A stretch of 64,000 nucleotides of DNA from NCBI GenBank assembly GCA_039188945.1, contig JBCCYW010000001.1, positions 43,003-107,002 on the forward strand, written 5' to 3'. The notes beneath the pieces were generated by a model, which did no database searches, was not told the DNA's origin, and saw only the letters and a list, made by a program, of their open reading frames with translations. The stretch is from Patescibacteria group bacterium (GTDB taxonomy: Bacteria; Patescibacteriota; Minisyncoccia; Phycocordibacterales; UBA918). Below, piece after piece: positions 19,623 through 28,172 of this stretch. How positions within the stretch are numbered: position 1 is the stretch's first letter; each line of letters begins with the position of its first letter. The translations under genes were made by a program, and so were the position numbers.

Positions 19623-20567
19623 ATGTTACGTTCCAAGCAAAAGCGGCGTATACTAGTTGATATGAATCACACAGCGAGAAGCTTTGTTTTACAACTAGGA
19701 GCGCTTATTTCTTTATATATCTCATTATCATTTTTGCTGGTGCTCCTCTTTGGCATTATTAATTTAGCTTTTCCTGATGCTGCTGAGAGCTATTGGGCTG
19801 CGGAAAGCGCTCATAGTAGTATCCGGATCGGCATCGCGATGTTACTTGTATTTTTCCCTACCTATATTGTGCTGACCAGAATGGTTAATCAGATCAGAAG
19901 AGTAGATACAGACGGCCAATATTTAACTCTGACTAAGTGGCTCATTTATCTATCACTACTGATTGGAGGACTGGTTTTGCTGGGCGATTTAGTGGCCGTC
20001 ATTATGACATTTCTAGAAGGAGAGATTACGGAACGGTTTTTACTTAAAGCGTTAGCTATCTTGGTTGTCGTAGGTGCTGCATTCAAATACTACATTCTTG
20101 ATGCTGGTGGGTATTGGATTGATCATGTTGGTCAATCGGTAGTGTATGGCCTCGTTGCTTTTGCAGTAGTCATTGTGTCAGTTGCCTATGGGTTTGTGGT
20201 GGTAGATTCACCCGAATTAGTTCGTGAAAAGAGAGTAGACCAGAATCAGCTGCAAGATCTACAAGAAATCCAGTGGCGAGTGATTGACTATTATGCTGTT
20301 AACCAGTCACTTCCAAATTCAATTGATATGGTATTTGAGTCTGGCGTACCAACTGCTCCAGAGAATCGTGACCAGTACAGCTACACCGCTACTGAAGAAG
20401 GTTTTGAGTTGTGCGCTAGCTTTAGTCAGGCCAGTAGTCCGAGCGACAGTTGGCCATCACGACCCGCCGACAAAGATGAATTTTTCGGAAGCACCAATAA
20501 CTGGGATCATGGTATAGGGTATCACTGTTTTGTAAGACCACTCCTTTCATCTGATGTGAGCGGGTAG
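19623..20567 (+). CDS. Polytopic membrane protein with a C-terminal pseudopilin-like segment
   Basis: About 5 TM helices. The segment QDLQEIQWRVIDYYAVNQSLPNSIDMV resembles the type II secretion / pilin G-domain motif. Start is uncertain (alternative Met at 19662). Confidence 0.4.
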   Translation: MLRSKQKRRILVDMNHTARSFVLQLGALISLYISLSFLLVLLFGIINLAFPDAAESYWAAESAHSSIRIGIAMLLVFFPTYIVLTRMVNQIRRVDTDGQYLTLTKWLIYLSLLIGGLVLLGDLVAVIMTFLEGEITERFLLKALAILVVVGAAFKYYILDAGGYWIDHVGQSVVYGLVAFAVVIVSVAYGFVVVDSPELVREKRVDQNQLQDLQEIQWRVIDYYAVNQSLPNSIDMVFESGVPTAPENRDQYSYTATEEGFELCASFSQASSPSDSWPSRPADKDEFFGSTNNWDHGIGYHCFVRPLLSSDVSG

Positions 20568-20621
20568 TGCATTCTCTACATAACTTTACGCTTCTAGGTT
20601 GTCGTGGCAGACTAAGAGCTC

Positions 20622-23435
20622 ATGCATAAACGTTTTGATAGCGCCGCCATTGAGAAGAAGTGGCAAGAAATTTGGGCTGAACAAAAGCTCTATGAAGTAG
20701 GAGAGCGAGATACTAGTAAGGAAAAAGAATACGTACTCGTCGAACTACCGTATCCATCAGGCAATTTACACATTGGTCACTGGCACGCCTTTGCAGTACC
20801 AGACATTTACGTGCGCTTTCTGCGCATGAGTGGGAAACAAGTGATCTACCCAATGGGGTTTGATGCCTTTGGCTTACCAGCCGAAAACGCTGCTATCAAA
20901 CGCAACATCAACCCACGCGAATGGACCGAAAGTAATATTGAGTTCATGAAAGGCCAGCTCCAAAGCATGGGCGCTAGTTTTTCTTGGGATAAAACTGCCA
21001 GCACGATTGATCCTAACTACTACAAATGGACACAATGGATGTTCACAAAGTTTTTTGAAAACGACTTAGCTTATCGGGGTGAAGCGATTGTTAATTGGGA
21101 TCCAGTAGACAATACGGTGATTGCAAACGAACAGGTGTTAGCAGACGGCACCTCGGAGCGCTCGGGAGCAGTAGTGGAGAAAAAGGTGATGCCGCAATGG
21201 ATGCTTCGGATCACGAAATACGCAGACCGCCTCATTGACGACCTCGACAACCTCGACTGGCCAGAACCAATCAAAGAGGCTCAACGACGGTGGATTGGTC
21301 GCTCTGAGGGAGCGGAGATTGATTTTAAGCTATCAACTGGAGACACTGTAACTGTCTTTACCACTCGTCCAGATACGCTTTTTGGTGCCACGTATATGGT
21401 GTTAGCGCCAGAGCATGCGTTGGTTAAACAAAACAAGGATAAGATTACGAACTGGGATACGGTTGAGTCATACGTAAAGGAAGCGGCTAAAAAAGATGAG
21501 CAGGACCGCCTTAATGACACCAAAGAAAAGACTGGTGTAAAACTTGAAGGCATTACTGCCACCAACCCAGCCAACAACGAAGAAATCCCTGTCTACATTG
21601 CTGATTATGTCCTCGCTTCCTACGGTACAGGGGCAATTATGGCTGTACCGGCACATGATGAGCGTGATGGTGCATTCGCTAATAAATACAATATTAAAAC
21701 AGTATCTGTGGTATACCCTGTTACTGGTATACCACAAGAAAATCCTGAGTTTAGAGAAAGTATCGTCGCTATTGTTCATAATCCAAAAAACGATCTATAC
21801 GCAACCATTAACTGGAAAGATCCACAAAAAACTTTATTTGTTGGCGGCGGCATTGATAGCGGAGAGAGTCCTGAGCAGGCAGCAGTGCGAGAGATTCGCG
21901 AAGAAACCCCCTGTGAGCATCTTGAACTTGTTTCAAAAACTACCACAATAGAACACTCTTACTTTGCCCACTCAAAAAACGTTGCTCGAAAGATAAGCGC
22001 CATAGGTTTATTGTTTACATTAACTTCTAGTGAGGAGACGGCTCAAGCCCTTGAGGTTGATGAAGCTGACCAGTTCCATTTCGAATGGAAAGACGCTCAA
22101 ACTATCGAGCGAGAACTTGATGACGAACTTCATAAAACAGTTTGGAACATGTTGGTGAAGAAAGAGGTCTTCACTAGTACTGGAAAGCTAATGAATTCAG
22201 GTGAATTTAATGGCATGGACTCAGAAGAGGCTAAGGAAGCCATTACCAAGAAAGTTGGTGGGCGAATGACCAGTACGTACCGAATGCGTGACTGGTCGGT
22301 TGGTCGGCAGCGCTATTGGGGAGTGCCGATTCCAATTGTCTATGATCCGGAAGGTAAGGCACATGTAGTGCCTGAAGAACATCTCCCATGGCTCTTGCCG
22401 GAAGATGTCGACCACAAGCCTACCGGAGAAGCACCACTGGCAAAATCTAAAGAGCTAAAAGAGCGGACCGAAAAAATCTTTGGTAAAGGGTGGACTCCTG
22501 AAGTGGAGACGATGGATGCCTTTGTCGATTCTTCGTGGTACTTCCTTCGTTACATCGATAATCAAAACGACTCGGCTCCAGTCTCAACAGAAGCTCAAAA
22601 GGACTGGATGCCAATAGATCTTTATTTCGGTGGCGCTGAGCACACTACCATGCACCTCTTATATTCTCGTTTCTGGCAAAAAGCGCTTTACGACTTAAAA
22701 CTAGTAGCGCATGAAGAGCCATACCAGAGGCGTATCAACCGTGGGCTCATTCTTGGCCCTGATGGCAACAAAATGAGTAAGTCTAAAGGGAATGTTATCG
22801 ACCCAGACGAGCAGGTGAAACTGGTTGGCGGAGACTCGGTGAAGATGTACCTAGCGTTCATGGGTCCATATGGCGAAACCGCTAATTACCCATGGGATAT
22901 GGGTGGGATTGCTGGCATTCGCCGTTTTTTGGAGAAGGTGAATGGTTTGCATGAACATCTTGCAGACACTGAACCCGAGTCAGTGACCAAACAACTTCAT
23001 AAAACCATTGCCAAGCTCAATGACGACATTCCAGTTTTCAAGTTCAATACCGCTATCTCAGCTATGATGGTCTTTGTAAATCTAGCGGAAAAGGAGGGTC
23101 TTAGTAAAGAATCATATCGGACATTCCTCACACTACTGGCTCCATTCGCTACTCATTTGAGTGAAGAATTGTGGGAGCAGGCTGGAAATACCACTTCTAT
23201 ACATAGAGAACCTTTTCCGGAGGCAAACAAAGAATTAGTTAAAGATGATGAAGTGACCATCGGCGTACAAATTAACGGTAAGCATCGTGGTGAAATCACC
23301 ATCGCTCCCGATGCCAGCGAAACTATAGCGCTCGTGGCAGCAAAAGCCGACGCACAACTAGCAGAAAAGCTAGGGGCGAGTGAACCAAAAAAAGTCATCT
23401 ACGTACCAGGCCGGATTCTTAATATTATTATCTAG
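20622..23435 (+). CDS. leuS: Leucyl-tRNA synthetase with an embedded Nudix-hydrolase domain
   Basis: HIGH-type motif PYPSGNLHIGH. CP1 editing-domain motifs TTRPDT and GTGAIMAVPAHDERD. KMSKS. An extra ~160 aa between CP1 and the catalytic core carries the Nudix box GGIDSGESPEQAAVREIREETP. Confidence 0.95.
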   Translation: MHKRFDSAAIEKKWQEIWAEQKLYEVGERDTSKEKEYVLVELPYPSGNLHIGHWHAFAVPDIYVRFLRMSGKQVIYPMGFDAFGLPAENAAIKRNINPREWTESNIEFMKGQLQSMGASFSWDKTASTIDPNYYKWTQWMFTKFFENDLAYRGEAIVNWDPVDNTVIANEQVLADGTSERSGAVVEKKVMPQWMLRITKYADRLIDDLDNLDWPEPIKEAQRRWIGRSEGAEIDFKLSTGDTVTVFTTRPDTLFGATYMVLAPEHALVKQNKDKITNWDTVESYVKEAAKKDEQDRLNDTKEKTGVKLEGITATNPANNEEIPVYIADYVLASYGTGAIMAVPAHDERDGAFANKYNIKTVSVVYPVTGIPQENPEFRESIVAIVHNPKNDLYATINWKDPQKTLFVGGGIDSGESPEQAAVREIREETPCEHLELVSKTTTIEHSYFAHSKNVARKISAIGLLFTLTSSEETAQALEVDEADQFHFEWKDAQTIERELDDELHKTVWNMLVKKEVFTSTGKLMNSGEFNGMDSEEAKEAITKKVGGRMTSTYRMRDWSVGRQRYWGVPIPIVYDPEGKAHVVPEEHLPWLLPEDVDHKPTGEAPLAKSKELKERTEKIFGKGWTPEVETMDAFVDSSWYFLRYIDNQNDSAPVSTEAQKDWMPIDLYFGGAEHTTMHLLYSRFWQKALYDLKLVAHEEPYQRRINRGLILGPDGNKMSKSKGNVIDPDEQVKLVGGDSVKMYLAFMGPYGETANYPWDMGGIAGIRRFLEKVNGLHEHLADTEPESVTKQLHKTIAKLNDDIPVFKFNTAISAMMVFVNLAEKEGLSKESYRTFLTLLAPFATHLSEELWEQAGNTTSIHREPFPEANKELVKDDEVTIGVQINGKHRGEITIAPDASETIALVAAKADAQLAEKLGASEPKKVIYVPGRILNIII

Positions 23436-23447
23436 GCACAATGGGTG

Positions 23448-23476
23448 TTGACGTTTGTCAAATAGCATGATAAAAA
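23448..23476 (+). promoter_or_regulatory. Putative sigma-70-like promoter (TTGACG - 17 nt - TAAAAAT)
   Basis: -35/-10 hexamers with 17-nt spacing, about 65 nt upstream of the 23540 gene. Confidence 0.3.
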
Positions 23477-23539
23477 TACCGGCACGTCTAAATTCTACGG
23501 GCTAAACGGCCCAGCAGATTTATTAGAGAATGAGGAACT

Positions 23540-24565
23540 ATGATTACATTTAAACCAAAAAACGTAACGAAGAAGCTGTTGGCAGTACTGCCAGACCGGG
23601 CTTGTGATGTGCTGGAGAAGCGCTATGGACTCGGTAAAGACGGCGAAACATATACTCTGGAATCGATCGGTCAGTCATACGGTATTACCCGTGAGCGCGT
23701 CCGTCAGATTGAAAACTACGGTATTCAGAGCATTCAAAAAGCCGATGTATACGGTGAGTTTGAAGAGGTATTTGCTGAGCTGCATAAGCTGATTGATGAA
23801 CTTGGCGGCGGTCTCATAGCTGAGCATGTACTCCTTGACGAGCTTACCAACGATCCAATCCTTCGTAATCATATTTATTTCCTCCTCGTTCTTGGTGACC
23901 CCTTCTATCGATCAAAAGAGAACCCCCAGTACGCTCACCGTTGGTACACGGAAAAGAAAATTGCTGAGCTAGTTGAAAAAGCCCTCAAAAGTGTTCATGG
24001 CACCATCAAACGAGACGAGCTTATCTCTGAGCAAGAAGTACTCAATCGCTTCCGAAACGAGCTGATTGAAATTGCTGATAAGTATGATGAACAGGTGATG
24101 AAGCGCTGGCTCATGATTTCAAAGCAAATCAGTAACAATCCACTTGGTGACTGGGGACACGCAGATAGTCCAAATGTCCGCGTTAAAGGTATTCGTGATT
24201 ATGCGTACCTAGCGGTAAAGCGTCACGGTTCACCAATGCACTTCCGTGAAGTAGCAGAAGCAATTGACGAATTGTTTAATCGCAAAGCACACACTGCTAC
24301 CACACACAACGAACTCATCAAGGACGACCGGTTTGTGCTCGTCGGCCGTGGACTCTACGCTCTCTCAGAATGGGGCTACTCAGCTGGTGTCGTAAAAGAA
24401 GTGCTCCGCGATATTCTTGAAAAAGAAGGACCGCTATCTCGTGAGGAACTTATTGATAAGGTACGCAAAGAACGATACGTCAAAGACAACACGATTGTTG
24501 TTAATCTTCAGGATGGCGCCCTCTTCAAGCGCCTCGCCAACGGTACGTACGCTGTTGTTGAATAA
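23540..24565 (+). CDS. DNA-binding protein: N-terminal sigma-70 region-4 HTH plus C-terminal HARE-HTH-like domain(s)
   Basis: LESIGQSYGITRERVRQIE matches sigma region 4. PMHFREVAEAIDEL...DDRFVLVGRGLYALSEW resembles the HARE-HTH of RpoE/delta. Confidence 0.55.
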   Translation: MITFKPKNVTKKLLAVLPDRACDVLEKRYGLGKDGETYTLESIGQSYGITRERVRQIENYGIQSIQKADVYGEFEEVFAELHKLIDELGGGLIAEHVLLDELTNDPILRNHIYFLLVLGDPFYRSKENPQYAHRWYTEKKIAELVEKALKSVHGTIKRDELISEQEVLNRFRNELIEIADKYDEQVMKRWLMISKQISNNPLGDWGHADSPNVRVKGIRDYAYLAVKRHGSPMHFREVAEAIDELFNRKAHTATTHNELIKDDRFVLVGRGLYALSEWGYSAGVVKEVLRDILEKEGPLSREELIDKVRKERYVKDNTIVVNLQDGALFKRLANGTYAVVE

Positions 24566-24583
24566 GAAACGTATCGTTTTACA

Positions 24584-24620
24584 CAATGCCCGGCGACTGT
24601 TCAGCAGTCGCCGGGCATTG
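24584..24620 (+). terminator. Perfect 14-bp hairpin (terminator-like; weak T-run)
   Basis: CAATGCCCGGCGAC-TGTTCA-GTCGCCGGGCATTG, immediately after the 23540 gene stop. Confidence 0.5.
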
Positions 24621-24639
24621 TTGTACAATAGTCGTATCA

Positions 24640-25959
24640 ATGTCTGATGCAGTTAAAGCTTTGTTCGGCACACTTGGCGGCCCACTTTTGGTACTAGTGG
24701 GTCTCTATTTCATGAATCTTTCACTGCGGATCATGGGTATTGACGCTGAGCCAGTGTTTGCTTTAGTGATCGCCCTAACCCCTCTATGGCTGCCATTTGT
24801 GCTCTTTTACTTGTTTTATGACAATTGGATGGATTTTGTGCGCCTGCAGTTTGCTGTAGAAAACGGTCGAACAACGCTGCGTATTAAATTACCGCAAGAG
24901 GTATTCAAATCACCGGAGGCGATGGAAACAGTCTTTAATCAAATCCATAATCTCAATGGTCCTGACAATCTTTGGCAAGCGTACATCGATGGCAAAGTAC
25001 CGCTGATGTTCAGCTTTGAATTAGTTTCGATTGGTGGTGACGTACGGTTTTACGCCAACGTGCCAACTAAAAAAATTAAAAATCTACTCGAAGCACAGCT
25101 CTACGCTCAGTACCCAGGTATTGAAATAGTTGAAGAAACACTCGACTACACAGCTGAAATCGACAAGATCGGGGAAGACTTTGGCTGTATGTCGTTTCAC
25201 TTGGTTAAAAAGGAAGATCAGGAGTTTCCTATCAAAACCTACATTGATTTTGGCCTAGATAAAATGCCGAAGGAAGAAGAGAAGGTCGAGCCAATGGCGC
25301 CAATGTTAGAAGCGCTTGGTGCTGCCTCGCCAAACGAACGGTTATGGATTCAATTCCTAGTCAAACCGCACGGCAAGAAAAACTTTAATAATGGTCACCT
25401 TTCAGCTAGTCCTACCTGGGAAAAGAAAGTGTTTGCTAAGATTGACCAGTTACTTGGACGTGAAGGAGGTTCAAAGCTTGGCCCAGCTGAGCTGGAGCAA
25501 CAGCCCCGACTCACGACTGGTGAGCGAGACACCATCACTGCCATGGAGCGCAATGCTGGAAAGTACGCTTACGATACTGCTGTGCGCTGGATGTACATTG
25601 CTCGAGAAGGACATTTCAATGGAGATACAATTGGGCTCATTAATCGCAGCTTTAGTAATTACGACATCCTCAACCGCAACGGTATTGGCATTCGTTGGCG
25701 GACAGACTTTGATTATAATTGGTTTTCTGATTTTAGCGGCAAACGAAAGTTAAAAATGAAAAATGACGAACTGAAACAGTATAAGCTGCGCAAATATAGC
25801 AACGGCGGTCGTTCGGTAGATAAAACAAAAATAATGACTTCTGAAGAGCTCGCTACGGTATGGCATATTCCTGGGCGGTCAGTAGTCACTCCAGGACTAG
25901 CTCGCATTCCTTCTTCGCGCAGTGAAGCTCCAGCTAACTTGCCAATTAATGCTACGTAG
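24640..25959 (+). CDS. Hypothetical membrane-anchored protein (2 N-terminal TM helices plus a ~380-aa soluble domain)
   Basis: 439 aa from the Met at 24640. C-terminal ...ELATVWHIPGRSVV. No domain recognised by eye. Confidence 0.5.
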   Translation: MSDAVKALFGTLGGPLLVLVGLYFMNLSLRIMGIDAEPVFALVIALTPLWLPFVLFYLFYDNWMDFVRLQFAVENGRTTLRIKLPQEVFKSPEAMETVFNQIHNLNGPDNLWQAYIDGKVPLMFSFELVSIGGDVRFYANVPTKKIKNLLEAQLYAQYPGIEIVEETLDYTAEIDKIGEDFGCMSFHLVKKEDQEFPIKTYIDFGLDKMPKEEEKVEPMAPMLEALGAASPNERLWIQFLVKPHGKKNFNNGHLSASPTWEKKVFAKIDQLLGREGGSKLGPAELEQQPRLTTGERDTITAMERNAGKYAYDTAVRWMYIAREGHFNGDTIGLINRSFSNYDILNRNGIGIRWRTDFDYNWFSDFSGKRKLKMKNDELKQYKLRKYSNGGRSVDKTKIMTSEELATVWHIPGRSVVTPGLARIPSSRSEAPANLPINAT

Positions 25960-26991
25960 ATGCACGTTCACTATACCGACAACGTCACTTTGGTGACGCC
26001 TAAGAGAAGCTTACTGCACCGTAGTTTTCGGATCTTTGGTGTTTTGCTCGTGATTACTATTCCACTAGCGCTACTGGCAGCAGGCTATGGCTACGCACAA
26101 CTGCAGCCGCCAGATTCGTTTCCCAGCGGCGAACGCATTACGATTGAGGAGGGAAGTACTGTGCCAGAAATTGTCGCTCTATTTAAAGAAAATAATCTAA
26201 TTCGTTCACGAGATATCTTTTATCTTGCTCTCGTTTTAGCAACCGATCCAACTACAATTAAAGCGAGCACCTATCGCTTTCCAGAACCACTTAACGCAAT
26301 TGAGTTAGCGCAGCGATTGGCAGAAGGTGAGTTTGGGATCGATCTGGAACGGTTTGTGCACTACGAAGGGGAGCGAGTCGAGCAAATTGCCGAACGAGCA
26401 GAGATTGTACTGGAAGACTTTGATGCTGAACGTTTTATCCAATTAGCTTTACCAGGAGAAGGAAGATTATTTCCTGATACCTACCTAATCCCTGAGAATT
26501 TTTCGGCTGATGAACTCTACGAACTCATGATTGAGAATTTCGAAGCTCGGGTCGGCCCATTGCGACCAGCCATTGAAGCTAGCAACTTCACTGAAGAAGA
26601 GGTGCTTATTCTGGCTTCAATTCTAGAACGTGAGGCAAATTCACGTGAATCAAAGCGCATTGTATCCGGCATTCTTCAAAATCGGCTGGATATTGATATG
26701 GCGCTACAAGCTGACGCTACTATTGAATACGCACTCGAGGGCCCTCTTAATGAATTAGCGCCGGGTGAATTAGCTCGCAACTTGCAAGAACTTGAAAGTC
26801 CGTACAACACCTACAAAAATACGGGGTTACCACCAACACCAATTGGCAATCCTGGCTTAACTGCAATTGAAGCGGTGCTTGAACCAGATGCATCTTCATA
26901 CCTCTTCTATATCACCGGGCGCGACGGCAATTTCTACTACGCTAACAACTTTACTGAGCACCAGGCAAATGTGAACGCTTATTTACGTTAG
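25960..26991 (+). CDS. mltG: Endolytic murein transglycosylase MltG (YceG family)
   Basis: N-terminal TM helix. YceG signature ASILEREANSRE...IEYAL. Confidence 0.85.
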   Translation: MHVHYTDNVTLVTPKRSLLHRSFRIFGVLLVITIPLALLAAGYGYAQLQPPDSFPSGERITIEEGSTVPEIVALFKENNLIRSRDIFYLALVLATDPTTIKASTYRFPEPLNAIELAQRLAEGEFGIDLERFVHYEGERVEQIAERAEIVLEDFDAERFIQLALPGEGRLFPDTYLIPENFSADELYELMIENFEARVGPLRPAIEASNFTEEEVLILASILEREANSRESKRIVSGILQNRLDIDMALQADATIEYALEGPLNELAPGELARNLQELESPYNTYKNTGLPPTPIGNPGLTAIEAVLEPDASSYLFYITGRDGNFYYANNFTEHQANVNAYLR

Positions 26992-27119
26992 ACATTTTTA
27001 TGGTAAATTGTTGATGTGTTCGCTAGCGGCGCGCTCTTCTGTGGGAAGCCGGGATCGAGCGCGGCGTGGACCCGCTAGTGGACACACCTACCAGGCAACC
27101 ACAAGTCCTGGTGTTTTTT

Positions 27120-28172
27120 ATGAAAACTGTATTTGTAGGACTTTCAGGCGGTGTCGATTCTTCAGTGGCAGCACTCAGGCTCAAAAACCAGGGCTTTAAC
27201 GTCGTCGGAGTGTTTATTAAAGTCTGGCATCCAGATTGGATGGTGTGCAATTGGGAAGAGGAGCGACTCGATGCGATGCGAGTTGCTGCTCACCTCGATA
27301 TTCCATTTTTAACCTGCGATGCTGAAGAAGCCTACAAGCAAGAGGTGGCTGATTATTTTATCGCCGCCTACCAAGCCGGCAAGACACCCAATCCAGATGT
27401 CATGTGCAACCAGTCAGTGAAATTTGGTGCCTTTCTAAGATTTGCTAAAGAAAAGGGAGCTGATTATGTAGCTACCGGACACTATACTCGCAAGACCGTT
27501 GCCGAAGATGGTACGCAGCAGCTCTGGCGTGGCGTCGATACGAACAAAGACCAGAGTTATTTTCTCTGGACCCTTACTCAAGAGCAACTCAAACAAGTGC
27601 TGCTTCCAGTAGGCGACACAACTAAGGACAAGATCAGAGAAGAAGCTGAGGCAGCTGGTGTTCCTACTGCTAGTAAGAAAGATAGTCAGGGAATCTGCTT
27701 CCTCGGACATATCGATATTCCCGAATTCCTCAGTCATTACACTGAGCTAGTTCCAGGAGACGTTCGCAATGAAGCAGGCGAGACGATCGGACAACACGAA
27801 GGCGCCTTGGTGTATACCATCGGACAACGACATGGTTTTACGATAACTAATACAGATACTGAACCAAAACCACACTTTGTCATCGCTAAAGACACAACCC
27901 AAAACAGCATTACCGTCTCAACTGAACGCCCATTCTTAGAAAGTAGTGCACTAGTTACGTTGCTGACTCCGAATCTTATTGCTGAAATACAACCTGGAGA
28001 TAGGATTGAAGCTCAATTCCGCTATCGGCAAACACCGTTTGCAGTCACCGTAAAAGAAACTGGTAATGAAGTTGTCCTGGCGGTTGTAGAAACTACTGAT
28101 ACACCCGCTGCAGGGCAATCATGTGTACTGTATCGAGGTGAGGAGTGTCTTGGTGGTGGTATTATTGGGTGA
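27120..28172 (+). CDS. mnmA: tRNA-specific 2-thiouridylase MnmA
   Basis: PP-loop VFVGLSGGVDSSVAA. Catalytic Cys pattern. 351 aa from the Met at 27120. Confidence 0.9.
   Translation: MKTVFVGLSGGVDSSVAALRLKNQGFNVVGVFIKVWHPDWMVCNWEEERLDAMRVAAHLDIPFLTCDAEEAYKQEVADYFIAAYQAGKTPNPDVMCNQSVKFGAFLRFAKEKGADYVATGHYTRKTVAEDGTQQLWRGVDTNKDQSYFLWTLTQEQLKQVLLPVGDTTKDKIREEAEAAGVPTASKKDSQGICFLGHIDIPEFLSHYTELVPGDVRNEAGETIGQHEGALVYTIGQRHGFTITNTDTEPKPHFVIAKDTTQNSITVSTERPFLESSALVTLLTPNLIAEIQPGDRIEAQFRYRQTPFAVTVKETGNEVVLAVVETTDTPAAGQSCVLYRGEECLGGGIIG

Noticed and set aside
20567-20621. Looked for T-box leaders upstream of leuS, alaS, trpS, aspS and gltX
   Set aside because: All five aaRS genes have leaders of under 60 nt, or overlap the upstream gene. 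That is too short for a T-box riboswitch.
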